Counted from the stretch's first letter, positions 1 through 9,845 are shown. The stretch: 64,000 nt of DNA from Akkermansia sp. (GCA_045651585.1 JAZRSQ010000093.1:19624-83623), one strand, 5' to 3'. The notes: generated from the sequence alone by a model not told the origin. A program made the numbers and translations.

Positions 1-195
1 TGCGCCCCGGCAGATTGCTTTTATCTGAACCTGTATGCAGCCGACGGCCAGTGGCTGATGTCTCAACCGGTTCAGAAAACGCCGGAGGGCATCGTGCTGC
101 TGTACCTGAAGTTGCAGGGCAATAATGCCGGCGTCCCCCTGCAGAACTGGTGGCAGGGTATAGCCAATCGTTTGAGCCTCTGATAATACGGCAAC

Positions 196-1401
196 ATGGC
201 AAAGGCAGCAGAAAAGGACGGGTGCGCCATGAAAGCCGGCAAAGGCTGCCTGGGATTTTTCCTGGGACCGGCCATCATGGTAATGGCTGTATACCTCTTG
301 TTCAACAATGAGGGCGACTACCTCAACACAGCGCAAGCTCTGGATGAATTGCAGCCCCTTGTGCAACATGTGGAAAATACAGCAACACCCGATGCTGCCC
401 TGGAGGGTAAACCCGTGCACCTGAGTGGTACGGCTACTACCGAAGATGTACTGACAGATGACACCTATGGGGTTCAGGCTCAGGGCATCATGCTTCGCCG
501 CAATGTGCAGTATGTGCAATGGGTAGAGAAAAAAACAAAGCGTACCGGCAGTGATACAAAGCCGACCTTCATGACGGAGGCTAAATACAAGCGCAGCCGT
601 GACGATGAGTGGATATATAGCTACACCCTCACTTGGGTAAATAACCCCATCAATTCCGCGACCTTTCACAACGAGCGTTACAGAAACGCAAACTACACCC
701 ATTACAAAGCGGATACGATCGAGCTGTGGGCCAAGAATGTGCAGCTGGGCAACTACAAACTGACCGATAACCAAATCCGCCGCATCGCTGCCGATGGTAA
801 GAGAGTGCCCCCGCAACAGGTACCCGAAGCCCTGCAGAAACACGCCATGCTCCATGGTGAGTACCTGTTCATCGGCCACGCGCCGGAGGGTAGCTCCTAT
901 TATCCGCTCGATCCGCAGGCTCCGAGTGTAGGCGATGTACGCATCTCATGGCGACAAACGAGCCCGCAACGCCCTGTCAGCTTGGTCGCCATTCAAAAAG
1001 CTAACAGCTTTGAGCCTTACACCGCGACCAACGGCGCCGTTATCGATTTGTTCTATACCGATACGCTGGGTATAACGCAGTGCTTCGATAAAGCGCGCTC
1101 AACCAACACAATGAACTTGTGGATGGTACGCATGGGTGGCTGGCTGATGTTCTGGGGCGCATTTGCCTGTATGCTACGACCACTGGACGGCATGGTGCCC
1201 GTGTGCCGCAAACTGGCAGAAGCCGGGGCCGAGGTGATATCCCTGTTATTGGGCACCATCTGCAGTTTGTTGACCATCTCTGTCTCTTGGTTATTCTGTC
1301 GCCCTGTTTTTGCAGTGCTGATGTTGCTTGCAATTATCGCCCTCATCTGGTTGCTCATGAAGAAACAAAGAAAACCGGTAAAAGCTGTCACCCGAAGTTA
1401 A
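196..1401 (+). CDS. TMEM43 (LUMA)/DUF1625-like membrane protein
   Basis: N-terminal TM (GFFLGPAIMVMAVYLLFNNEG), large soluble loop (EGKPVHLSG, LRRNVQYVQWVE, GDVRISW) and three C-terminal TM helices, the layout of bacterial TMEM43 homologs. Confidence 0.75.
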   Translation: MAKAAEKDGCAMKAGKGCLGFFLGPAIMVMAVYLLFNNEGDYLNTAQALDELQPLVQHVENTATPDAALEGKPVHLSGTATTEDVLTDDTYGVQAQGIMLRRNVQYVQWVEKKTKRTGSDTKPTFMTEAKYKRSRDDEWIYSYTLTWVNNPINSATFHNERYRNANYTHYKADTIELWAKNVQLGNYKLTDNQIRRIAADGKRVPPQQVPEALQKHAMLHGEYLFIGHAPEGSSYYPLDPQAPSVGDVRISWRQTSPQRPVSLVAIQKANSFEPYTATNGAVIDLFYTDTLGITQCFDKARSTNTMNLWMVRMGGWLMFWGAFACMLRPLDGMVPVCRKLAEAGAEVISLLLGTICSLLTISVSWLFCRPVFAVLMLLAIIALIWLLMKKQRKPVKAVTRS

Positions 1402-1426
1402 TCACTCCACGTTCGCGGCTGATGCC

Positions 1427-1705
1427 ATGAAATCATTTCCCCTATCACTCATCTTCTGCATTGCACCATGTGTGCAAGCAGTGGGTGTCGATTTGTACCA
1501 AGCTCAGCAGTATAGCACAGTTGTGACCCAGCAAAAGAAACACCCCTTCGGGGGACATGTACTCAGTCGCATGGGGCGCATGCTGACTTGGGCAAACTAC
1601 GCCAAACTCTCAGAAAAAGAGTTTGTTGACACGATTCTATACGAGCTCCACGAAGCTCGGACTTATCGAAAAAAACAGAAATCCAACCATCTTGATAATC
1701 AATGA
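1427..1705 (+). CDS. Small secreted hypothetical protein
   Basis: Signal-peptide-like N-terminus; its stop overlaps the next ATG (1702-1705), suggesting translational coupling. Confidence 0.5.
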   Translation: MKSFPLSLIFCIAPCVQAVGVDLYQAQQYSTVVTQQKKHPFGGHVLSRMGRMLTWANYAKLSEKEFVDTILYELHEARTYRKKQKSNHLDNQ

Positions 1706-1977
1706 ACATCAAACCCGTTAAAAAGTACTCAGGCATTCTGCCGGCTGCTGCTGCACTGTTGGGCAGCCTTGTGAGCGGTTGCGACAGACAGGCTGTTGTG
1801 GGCAGCGTGCCGAACCCGAATCCGAAAGATTTGCCGAGCCGAGTTCCCGGAGAGCCGCCTGAGGTGGCCCCCACCGAGCCGGAAAAACCGGCAGAAACGA
1901 CCACCGAAACCGAGCCGGAAGAAATGCCGCAGCTGCTCGGTGGCGATGTGCCGGTGGAAAATCTGAACATGGATTGA
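1702..1977 (+). CDS. Small Pro/Glu-rich lipoprotein, putative radical-SAM substrate
   Basis: Lipobox LVSG-C, PE/T-rich linker, motifs VVGSVP and LLGGDVP; directly upstream of the rSAM gene. Confidence 0.75.
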   Translation: MNIKPVKKYSGILPAAAALLGSLVSGCDRQAVVGSVPNPNPKDLPSRVPGEPPEVAPTEPEKPAETTTETEPEEMPQLLGGDVPVENLNMD

Positions 1978-1996
1978 TTGAGTCCTGATACTATTG

Positions 1997-3112
1997 ATGC
2001 GCAGGCCTTTACAGCTGACCTTGTGCCTGACGCACGATTGCACGCTGCGTTGCCGCTATTGCTACGCAGGGCGTAAGTACGCGCATGCCATGAGCCGCGA
2101 AACGGCGGAGCGTGGCATGGACATCGGGCTGGCAGAGGCCGTGCGCACCGAGCGCGGCGTGGACTTGTCATTTTTCGGGGGTGAGCCCTTGCTGGAGTGG
2201 GATTTGCTGCAGCATTGCTGCAACTACCTCAAACAACAGGCAGCCGAGCAAGGAGTGCGCGTGCGTTTCGGGATTACCACCAATGGCACATTGCTGACCC
2301 GCAAGCGATTGGAATGGCTGGCCGAGCAGGATTTCTTGGTCGGGCTTTCCGTCGATGGCTCCCCCGCCATGCACGACCTGAACCGCTGCCATGCCGATGG
2401 GCGAGGCAGCCATGCCGAGGTAGCCGCCGCGCTGGAGCTCATGCAGCTGCACCCTACCCTGCGCAGCAAAGTCATCTGCGTGGTAAACCCGGCAAATCAC
2501 CACTTATTAGTGGAGGGTGTGCAGTGGTTACACGCGCACTATCGCGGTAATATAGGGCTCAATTTCGACTTCTGGAGCGAGTGGAGCGACGCTCAATTTG
2601 AATCGCTGAGTACCCAGCTGGAGCTGTTGCAGCACCTTATGCTCAATTCCTACCGCTGTGGGCAGCCCATACGCGTGGCAAACTTCGAGGATAAAATGCG
2701 CAGCGCTCTGTTGCCCCCCGACAGGCCCTGCGCTCAGTGCAACATCGGCGAGCAGGAGATTGCGGTATCGGTCGATGGCAATCTCTTCCCCTGCTCCCGC
2801 TTGGTTGGCGAAGGAGATAATCCCGCCCTCACCTTCGGCGATGTTCATAGCGGCATTAACCGAGCAAAACAACAGCTCATCATTGCACAGCGTGGGAATG
2901 CCACCCCGGAATGCAAAGTCTGCGCCCTGCGCCACCGTTGCATGAACTCCTGCGGCTGCACCAACTACGCCGGCTCCGGTCACTTCAACCGCGTGACTCC
3001 CTTCCTCTGCAATCTGGAGCAGACTATCATCCGCCTGACAGATGCTCTGGTATCGCAACTCTGCAGCGAGCAAAACGAAACACTGCAGCGCCGCCTCGCA
3101 AGCCATTTGTGA
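1997..3112 (+). CDS. Radical SAM enzyme with SPASM domain
   Basis: CTLRCRYC (CxxxCxxC), FFGGEP, TNGTL, SVDG; SPASM cysteines C..C..G...DGNLFPC and CxxCxxxxxCxxxCxC. Confidence 0.92.
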   Translation: MRRPLQLTLCLTHDCTLRCRYCYAGRKYAHAMSRETAERGMDIGLAEAVRTERGVDLSFFGGEPLLEWDLLQHCCNYLKQQAAEQGVRVRFGITTNGTLLTRKRLEWLAEQDFLVGLSVDGSPAMHDLNRCHADGRGSHAEVAAALELMQLHPTLRSKVICVVNPANHHLLVEGVQWLHAHYRGNIGLNFDFWSEWSDAQFESLSTQLELLQHLMLNSYRCGQPIRVANFEDKMRSALLPPDRPCAQCNIGEQEIAVSVDGNLFPCSRLVGEGDNPALTFGDVHSGINRAKQQLIIAQRGNATPECKVCALRHRCMNSCGCTNYAGSGHFNRVTPFLCNLEQTIIRLTDALVSQLCSEQNETLQRRLASHL

Positions 3113-3229
3113 AAAAAGCCCCTGCTCTCGAGAATAGTCCAGTTTCAGCAATCCATTCTCTTCCCGATAATTTGCAAATATCGCGAGGGGCAACACAGAG
3201 TATAATAAGAGTTTTCGCACATGCTAAAC

Positions 3230-6202
3230 TCATCCCTCAATTATTGTATCTTTATCAGAGTTCTCATTTAACCACCTTTGGACTTTCCGAACGCATTCAT
3301 CAATATTATCCAACACCTCGTATGCCCAGAAACGCATCACAGTCCAGCCATTCGCTGTTAAGATGTTGTTGCGAATTTGGTCAGATGAAATGTCATTTTC
3401 TGTCCACAGAGTATGGTATTTTTTACCATCAATTTCAATGTTTAACTTCCTATGTTCATCAATAACAATGGCAAAGTCTAATGAGTATCTATATTCAATA
3501 TATTGAGGATGCACATTCGTAATGCCTGCGTCGGTCAAAGCAGCATAGAAACGCCTTTCTATAGAAGAAGCGAGTTCTCCATTAGAAATAACCGAATAAA
3601 TTTGGAGCGGGGTATGTTTTATATCTTGGACATAGTTAGCCAAATCGCAAAGAAGAGGGACGTCCTTGCAATTTGAACAATAATGCAAGTCTCCAACTAT
3701 GATTAACTTACTTCGAGCCCTAGTAATGGCGACATTAAAAATATTTTCTTGTTTGCGCAGAAAAGAGCGAGTTTGAGCCAACGCCCCATGTGAAAGAACG
3801 GGGGACATAATGATGATGTCCTTTTCATCGCCCTGAAACTTGTGAGTAGTATCAATCAGTAAACCTTTTTCCGATATGTTAACCCAGATATTTTTGTTCT
3901 TATTTACCAAGCCCTTAATATAATTTGCCTGTTTTCTAAATGGGGTAACAACACCTATTGAGCCTTGAAAACAATCCTTGCAAATGATAGTCTCTAATTC
4001 ACGAACTACTCTTCGGGCTTCAGCCTTGTTGTATGCGCTTCCATCGAAAGGCCTCTCAGTCAATCCAACCACATGTTTCCATACGATACCAGACTCCCGC
4101 GGTATATAGTGTTCCAAAAAGGCAGGATTTGTAGCGCAACGCAAATTATCAGCGTAAAAGTGATGATTTGAAAATTGTATAATTTCCGGATGCGAACGAT
4201 AATGATTAAGTAACAAATGCGGTTCAGTTACAGCAGGAAGAGCTAAGTCGTACAATGAATTGCTAATATATGAAAAACGAAGTTGCTCATCTCCGACTCC
4301 GTACTGAGATCGCAGCTCATCATTTTCTGCAACGGATAAATTTGAAACATGCCGAAGTTGCTTCGGGTCTCCCACAATTACAGCATTCCTCGCTCTATAC
4401 AGGAGAGGAATGGCCGAGGCAATATCACATTGGCTCGATTCATCAAATACGACGTAGTCAAAGAAATTAGCCTGCAATGGAATGCGATTCCTTGCGGATA
4501 ATGATGTTACTGCCCAACAAGGTATGTAATTTCTGATTTTAACTAAATCTGTAGCTTTAAAAAGATTGATTGCCCCAGATGCCTGTGCCTGCCTGATTTG
4601 TGCCAGCAAATTCGATATACTTACTCGATCTGAGAGACGGGAGATAGTCGTTTTTCTCCTTATAAAGAGCTTCCAATACGTGTTGGAGTGTTCTATTATA
4701 CTATGGTTGAGTTTCTTTTCTTCTTCATACAGCTCTTCCAGAGAGCCGAGCGTTCTCAGTTGACGTAATGCCGAATAATATTGCTTAATTTTTGCTATTA
4801 AAGCGACTCTTTTTTCAATTTTTTCAGCTACACTCCTATAATAAATAGTATGTTCTCTTTTGTATCTTGATTTTTTTGGGTCAATTTTAACCCCCACTAT
4901 TTTACAGAAATTCCACAATCTAACAAGGTGTTGGTTGTACCTTTCGGAGATTCTCCTTTTGCAGAAAAACCAAATAAACTTATTCCATAACTTAGACCAA
5001 TTAACTTTACTTAACTCACTGATATAGTCTTTGAGGAATTCGAGTTCTAACCTTAAATCGGTTGTATTATATTTTCTTATCTTACGAAATAGAGTCGGAT
5101 TTGTTTGTCGAAAATGGTATACTTCCCGTTCTAAAGAATCTACCGTATTTCGTTGTTCAATTAATGCTCTAATCTTTTTTAGAACGTCCTCATGTAGAGA
5201 ATGGGCGTTTTCAAATTGTTGTTTCGCGACTTCAAGTTCCTCTGAAAGATTTTTCTTTCTCTTATTAGCCAGTATACTGGCTATAAATTCCGTCAATCTT
5301 TCAGCATAGTGATTGTTTCCAAGGCGAAGCAATGAAGGTGTTTTTGTTAAGGCATTGATTCTCTTCTCCACTATATCAATTGCTTTGTTATTCTTGCTTA
5401 CCACAAGAACACTTTTGCCATTCAGAACAGCATTAATCACAAAGTTGGTTATTACCTGCGATTTTCCCGTTCCCGGAGGCCCTGTAATAATGCTTATCTT
5501 GCGAGAGAAACAACTTCTAATAGCGCCAAGTTGCTCTTGGTTTAACGGAGAAACCTGATAAATGAAGTCGCAGCTTGTACCAATATCATTAGCAACCTTA
5601 TTGATAAAAATAAGTTTTTCCAAAGATGTTCCAGATGATTCTAAATTTGCGCCTGTTGATAACTGCTCTAACTCAATAGCTAATCCTTTTGTATAATTGA
5701 AAAATCCAGCATCACTAAATAATATCCCCTTATCAAAAACGCTCCCCGATTTAGCGGTGTTTTCCTGCAGATTACTCCATGGAACAGATTTCAATACGCC
5801 ATTAAGTAATTGTGCGAAACCATTGAATGACAAACCGAATTCTTCCCCATCTGTAACATTACTATAATCCGCATCCTCAAGTAATAGCCCCTCTTTATCC
5901 AATTGTTTTACATTTAGCGAAGCCGAATGTAAGTTTATAGTCAGTTTTCGCTCCGAGACAAAAGCAGAAAAAACAAATATAGGTATATACTCACCTTTGT
6001 CGTTTATGTAACATGGATACCCTACGTTCAAGTCAACACCATCTTGCAAAACAAAGTGTTCAATTTCATCGGTAAGAGGAATTTCTTCAACAAGACCTCC
6101 GTTTCCATCCATAGGGAAAGCGTGTCCGCTTTTTAGAGCAACACTCAGCTCGTCCTTTTTTAAGCATTCACGGTAATAATTACACAGATCCGAAAACTTC
6201 AT
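3230..6202 (-). CDS. SF1 (DNA2/NAM7-like) helicase fused to a C-terminal DUF559/Vsr-like endonuclease
   Basis: GPPGTGKS, VFDESSQ, VGDPKQL, HYRS, FQGDEKD, NVAITRAR; C-terminal E..RFY...DF...IEIDG..YH...GWTVMRFW; AT-rich. Confidence 0.88.
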   Translation of the reverse strand: MKFSDLCNYYRECLKKDELSVALKSGHAFPMDGNGGLVEEIPLTDEIEHFVLQDGVDLNVGYPCYINDKGEYIPIFVFSAFVSERKLTINLHSASLNVKQLDKEGLLLEDADYSNVTDGEEFGLSFNGFAQLLNGVLKSVPWSNLQENTAKSGSVFDKGILFSDAGFFNYTKGLAIELEQLSTGANLESSGTSLEKLIFINKVANDIGTSCDFIYQVSPLNQEQLGAIRSCFSRKISIITGPPGTGKSQVITNFVINAVLNGKSVLVVSKNNKAIDIVEKRINALTKTPSLLRLGNNHYAERLTEFIASILANKRKKNLSEELEVAKQQFENAHSLHEDVLKKIRALIEQRNTVDSLEREVYHFRQTNPTLFRKIRKYNTTDLRLELEFLKDYISELSKVNWSKLWNKFIWFFCKRRISERYNQHLVRLWNFCKIVGVKIDPKKSRYKREHTIYYRSVAEKIEKRVALIAKIKQYYSALRQLRTLGSLEELYEEEKKLNHSIIEHSNTYWKLFIRRKTTISRLSDRVSISNLLAQIRQAQASGAINLFKATDLVKIRNYIPCWAVTSLSARNRIPLQANFFDYVVFDESSQCDIASAIPLLYRARNAVIVGDPKQLRHVSNLSVAENDELRSQYGVGDEQLRFSYISNSLYDLALPAVTEPHLLLNHYRSHPEIIQFSNHHFYADNLRCATNPAFLEHYIPRESGIVWKHVVGLTERPFDGSAYNKAEARRVVRELETIICKDCFQGSIGVVTPFRKQANYIKGLVNKNKNIWVNISEKGLLIDTTHKFQGDEKDIIIMSPVLSHGALAQTRSFLRKQENIFNVAITRARSKLIIVGDLHYCSNCKDVPLLCDLANYVQDIKHTPLQIYSVISNGELASSIERRFYAALTDAGITNVHPQYIEYRYSLDFAIVIDEHRKLNIEIDGKKYHTLWTENDISSDQIRNNILTANGWTVMRFWAYEVLDNIDECVRKVQRWLNENSDKDTIIEG

Positions 6203-6226
6203 AAAAGGAATATCATTATAAAGTAT

Positions 6227-7210
6227 TCACTTCCACAGCGGATGGCTTTCCCAGTGTTCTGGCAAGCCCATTTTGTGCAGAGGAATACCATTCTGCCGGG
6301 AATCTTGCAGGAATTGCTGCATGCGCACGTACCACTGCGAGGAGGGTGCTACCTGTTTGAGCAAATAACGGCAAATGAACAGCAGTGGCGCAAGCTGGGC
6401 CTGAGAATGGAGCAAGGAGGGAGCTCCGGCCAACTTAGCGGTAGGCTTAACCCATTTTCCGGCTTTGTCGGAATACACAAAATCCCACGGCAAGGCGGGC
6501 GTATTATTCATACGGGGAACTGCCATGAATATTTTGTTCCAGATGCGAGCATGGTGAGCACAGTCATTGCGCAAAACACGCAATGAAGATAGCCATGTAT
6601 ACAAAGAACCTGTGTCGATTCCCCATTCACGAGCAATGGCCTTTCTGATACTCTTGTCGGAGTGGGAATAGAAGTAGACTACAGTACCAAACTCCATCTC
6701 TCCCACTGCCATCCAAAGAGGCAGATAGTCATGTTTGTCTCCATAGGTATTGAAGAAATGGTCGACAGAATCCTTACCTGTTAACAAAACACTCCCCTGT
6801 TTATTTTTAGGAATACGAACTCTATCTAAGCACTGCATATACCCTTTCCATTTGGGGAAATACGTCTGGCTTGCATAAGCAAAAGGAGATTGATTTGCAG
6901 TGTGATGATACGCAATACGACTACGAAGCGCAACCTCTATGCGCTCAATGGCGTCTATCATCAGAAGTCGCAGTTTGCGGTCAAAGAGGTAATGATTCCA
7001 TACTTTATCCAACGTTACACCGGGAGTATAATTGTCCTCAATTTTTCCGTTTTGATTTCTAACCCGAAAAGGATGTAAGTATGCACTGAAACGATAGTAG
7101 CCCACCTGCGTCAACCGTCTGGCTAAAATCGTAGCATCCGCAACAAGTCCGCGTTTTTGAAGAAGCGCTACTTGTTTAGAAATTGAGAGATGCGGCTTTC
7201 GGTATTCCAT
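6227..7210 (-). CDS. Abi family (AbiD/AbiF-like) HEPN protein
   Basis: Likely start MEYRKP at 7210; GYYRFSAY, Y.FDRKLR...DAIERIEVALR, HEPN RNDCAH (RxxxxH) followed by HARIWN. Confidence 0.88.
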   Translation of the reverse strand: MEYRKPHLSISKQVALLQKRGLVADATILARRLTQVGYYRFSAYLHPFRVRNQNGKIEDNYTPGVTLDKVWNHYLFDRKLRLLMIDAIERIEVALRSRIAYHHTANQSPFAYASQTYFPKWKGYMQCLDRVRIPKNKQGSVLLTGKDSVDHFFNTYGDKHDYLPLWMAVGEMEFGTVVYFYSHSDKSIRKAIAREWGIDTGSLYTWLSSLRVLRNDCAHHARIWNKIFMAVPRMNNTPALPWDFVYSDKAGKWVKPTAKLAGAPSLLHSQAQLAPLLFICRYLLKQVAPSSQWYVRMQQFLQDSRQNGIPLHKMGLPEHWESHPLWK

Positions 7211-7221
7211 ATAAAATAAAA

Positions 7222-7282
7222 AACCCTCCCCATGTGCGCAGTTGAAGGAATCAACGGATTCCAACCCTAAGCGGGGGAGGTT
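7222..7282 (-). ncRNA. Putative structured RNA (abiF-type leader/antitoxin) upstream of the Abi gene
   Basis: Nested hairpin CCTCCCC...GTTG-GAATC-CGTT-GATTC..CAAC...GGGGAGG between a perfect promoter and the ATG. Confidence 0.6.
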
Positions 7283-7292
7283 ATCTAAGCTC

Positions 7293-7320
7293 ATTATACA
7301 TGAAGTACATCATTTGTCAA
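7293..7320 (-). promoter_or_regulatory. Sigma70 promoter of the RNA-abi-helicase unit
   Basis: TTGACA (7320-7315) - N16 - TATAAT (7298-7293), perfect hexamers. Confidence 0.8.
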
Positions 7321-7540
7321 TAGGAGGGAACGAATAAAAATAAAAAAACATCGACCTTAAACACACTTGTGATTTCGTAACAATGACACAAACCATGAGT
7401 TAATATTAAAAGTTGAAGAGAGTGCTTAGAGCCGGCATTGAGACCTACTGCTACAATCTGACTGAGGCATGGTATGTAAACCCAGCATTCGGGATGTATA
7501 GCAAACAGCTACCTCCAGCTCACAAGCCTTATTTTTGGCA

Positions 7541-7568
7541 TTGACTTCGGTCAGGGCATGTTTATAAT
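7541..7568 (+). promoter_or_regulatory. Sigma70-like promoter upstream of the PIN-like gene
   Basis: TTGACT - N16 - TATAAT. Confidence 0.6.
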
Positions 7569-7819
7569 ACCCGCAAGCAACACAAGGAGCATTCTGTTCG
7601 GGGCTCCGAAGTTTGAGATATTCACTCTTCTTCCGTGTTGGCAGGTGTTTGGCTGAAATGATGAGGATATTCGCCCTTCTTTCTCGCACCTGCGCTTACA
7701 GGAAGAAGGGATACCGCACAAAACGCCCCTATGCTCGCCCACTATACAGGCGCATGCGTATTTTCTGCGATACTTTCCTTCTTGTTGTCCACCAATGGAA
7801 ACAAATAAAGGAAATTAAC

Positions 7820-8344
7820 ATGATAAACATTCAAGCCGCCGAAAAGTCGGCCCACCGCGAGTTCACCAAACTCATTCAATCACACGCTGCAGCTATCTAT
7901 ACAGACACCTGTTTTCACCTGCCGTTCATCTTGCGCCACTGTCGCGAATTAAGGCAGAATGGGCAGCGGGTTAAAGTCACAAAATCCGTACAGCTGGAGC
8001 TGAACGATAAAAACAAAAAGCCCTGGGCCAAAAAGAAGCTGAACACACTCCGTAAATCCGGCAAATGTTTTGAACTTTTACCCGGCAATAAACAGGAGAG
8101 AAAAAAAATCTATGTCCAGAAAAAAGCGGCCTATGCGGACGAGGCTTTTGAAGACCTGTTCAGCCAAGAAACACAGAAGAAAAATGTGCTTCTAACAGCT
8201 GATTACGCGCTTGCAAAAAAGATTGCCGTCATGGTCAGCACCGTTGCAGTCTTCTTTCAATATTCAACAGCCGACTCGGGCACACACGTCGTACTGTGGT
8301 CAGATTACCAAAAACTTACTGAGCAAAAAGCACTTTCTGTTTGA
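7820..8344 (+). CDS. PIN-like domain protein (putative ribonuclease)
   Basis: AAGGAAA then ATG at 7820; acidic PIN-like motifs IYTDTC, V..EL, YADEAF, VLLTADYALA. Confidence 0.55.
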   Translation: MINIQAAEKSAHREFTKLIQSHAAAIYTDTCFHLPFILRHCRELRQNGQRVKVTKSVQLELNDKNKKPWAKKKLNTLRKSGKCFELLPGNKQERKKIYVQKKAAYADEAFEDLFSQETQKKNVLLTADYALAKKIAVMVSTVAVFFQYSTADSGTHVVLWSDYQKLTEQKALSV

Positions 8345-8415
8345 CACATCGAGGTACACTGTGCTATCCTGAGCTCAGACAAGCGCTGACCATCAACATA
8401 CGCTACCGACTGACT

Positions 8416-9810
8416 ATGAGCCCGGATATCTATCAAACCATCGAATTGGCATTTTCTCTGCTGGGGGTCTTTGCTGCGCTGCTGTGGTTACGCCCCGGTA
8501 AGCAGGCTGCCGCACGCTATGCATTTATTGTGCTGCCGGTTGCCGGTCTTTGTGCCATGCTGCATCAAAACCCGGGAGAATATGGAGCGGCGATCCTGCG
8601 GCACTTGGTATATATCATGCCCTTGTTCGTCTTTTTGCTGGGGAAATACATGTTGGGTTGTACCCGCCGGCGTGCGTTCCTGGCATTGGGTGTGTATGCA
8701 CTGGTGAAGGCACTGGGCGCGCTTGCCCATATTCCGCTGAATATACTTGCGGACTGCCCGGTATCGCTCACTCTGTTGACAGGGTTCGGCTTCTACCTCG
8801 AGCTGGTATGGGCTTGGCTGTTTATCTGGTTTTGTACCCGCAAGGAGGCCGGCATCAGTCGCACAGACAGGATTTATGTTGCAGCTGCGGTTATGACCGT
8901 ATATGGCAGCTTAGTGGGTTGTTGGCCTTTACTCCGTTCTCTGCCCCTCCACTTAACCGACCTAACGAGTGAGGACATACCGCAGTGGGTGTCACAGGTG
9001 CTCTATTTCGTGCCGATGCTCCTGAATACGCTGTGTTTTGCTGCCGGGCTGCGCTATGTTCTGCACCAATCATGGGTACGCACAGTCTGTACCACGGCTG
9101 CTGCCATATTCGTTATGAACGCACCCGTGTATGCTTACCAACACTTCATGCAACAAGCGGAAGAAAGGAGTTTTCAGCAAAGAGAAGAACTGATAGGCGC
9201 CATCGAAGAGGGCAACCGATCGAAAGTACAAGAGCTCCTGAGCCTCGGCGTGGATGTCAACCGTCCCCTCATTGGCCCCAATGACAAAAATGGTGAAATA
9301 TCCATTTTCTACCCACTCATTCATGCAACAGCCCGCAACCACATCGGCATAATGCAAGACATACTGGCAGCCGGAGCGGATGTCCATGTACGGCGTGAAA
9401 ACGGGGACACTGCGCTGATTGCAGCCGCCATTGAGAGTAACCCGGAAACGATTCAACTCCTGCTGCAAGCCGGTGCAGATGTCAATGCCACCAGCTACGA
9501 TGGCACGACAGCGCTGCACACTGCATCTCTGCCGGAAACACCGGAAGAGCGCCCCGGAGCACTTGCCGCCATGCGTTTGTTGTTAAAGCATGGAGTACCT
9601 GTCAATGCACAGGATATCTACGGCGATACCGCGTTGATACAGTGTGTACGAGATAACTTTACCGAAGGAGCACGCCTGCTACTGGAGTACTCGGCCGATC
9701 CGACGCTGCGAGATAAAGACGGTAAGTCGCCCTTGGAATATGCCGAGCAGAAAGGGCTCAACGAAATGGCAGAAATGCTGAGGGCAGCTCTGCAGCAAGG
9801 GGCTCAATAA
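8416..9810 (+). CDS. Polytopic membrane protein with C-terminal ankyrin repeats
   Basis: About 8 TM segments, then repeats GDTALIAAA, GTTALHTA, GDTALIQC, GKSPLEYA. Confidence 0.85.
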   Translation: MSPDIYQTIELAFSLLGVFAALLWLRPGKQAAARYAFIVLPVAGLCAMLHQNPGEYGAAILRHLVYIMPLFVFLLGKYMLGCTRRRAFLALGVYALVKALGALAHIPLNILADCPVSLTLLTGFGFYLELVWAWLFIWFCTRKEAGISRTDRIYVAAAVMTVYGSLVGCWPLLRSLPLHLTDLTSEDIPQWVSQVLYFVPMLLNTLCFAAGLRYVLHQSWVRTVCTTAAAIFVMNAPVYAYQHFMQQAEERSFQQREELIGAIEEGNRSKVQELLSLGVDVNRPLIGPNDKNGEISIFYPLIHATARNHIGIMQDILAAGADVHVRRENGDTALIAAAIESNPETIQLLLQAGADVNATSYDGTTALHTASLPETPEERPGALAAMRLLLKHGVPVNAQDIYGDTALIQCVRDNFTEGARLLLEYSADPTLRDKDGKSPLEYAEQKGLNEMAEMLRAALQQGAQ

Positions 9811-9845
9811 GAAACGGATTCCACTTATCAACATCCGCAGAGAGC

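Noticed and set aside
7211-7294. 28-aa N-terminal extension of the Abi protein
   Set aside because: The extension starts inside the -10 box and spans the RNA hairpin; the family-like sequence begins at MEYRKP
7412-7543. Short plus-strand frame (KRVLRAGIETYCYNLTEAWYVNPAFG...) and minus-strand ORF 7426-7689
   Set aside because: No clear start context or recognisable family; possibly a gene remnant but not supportable
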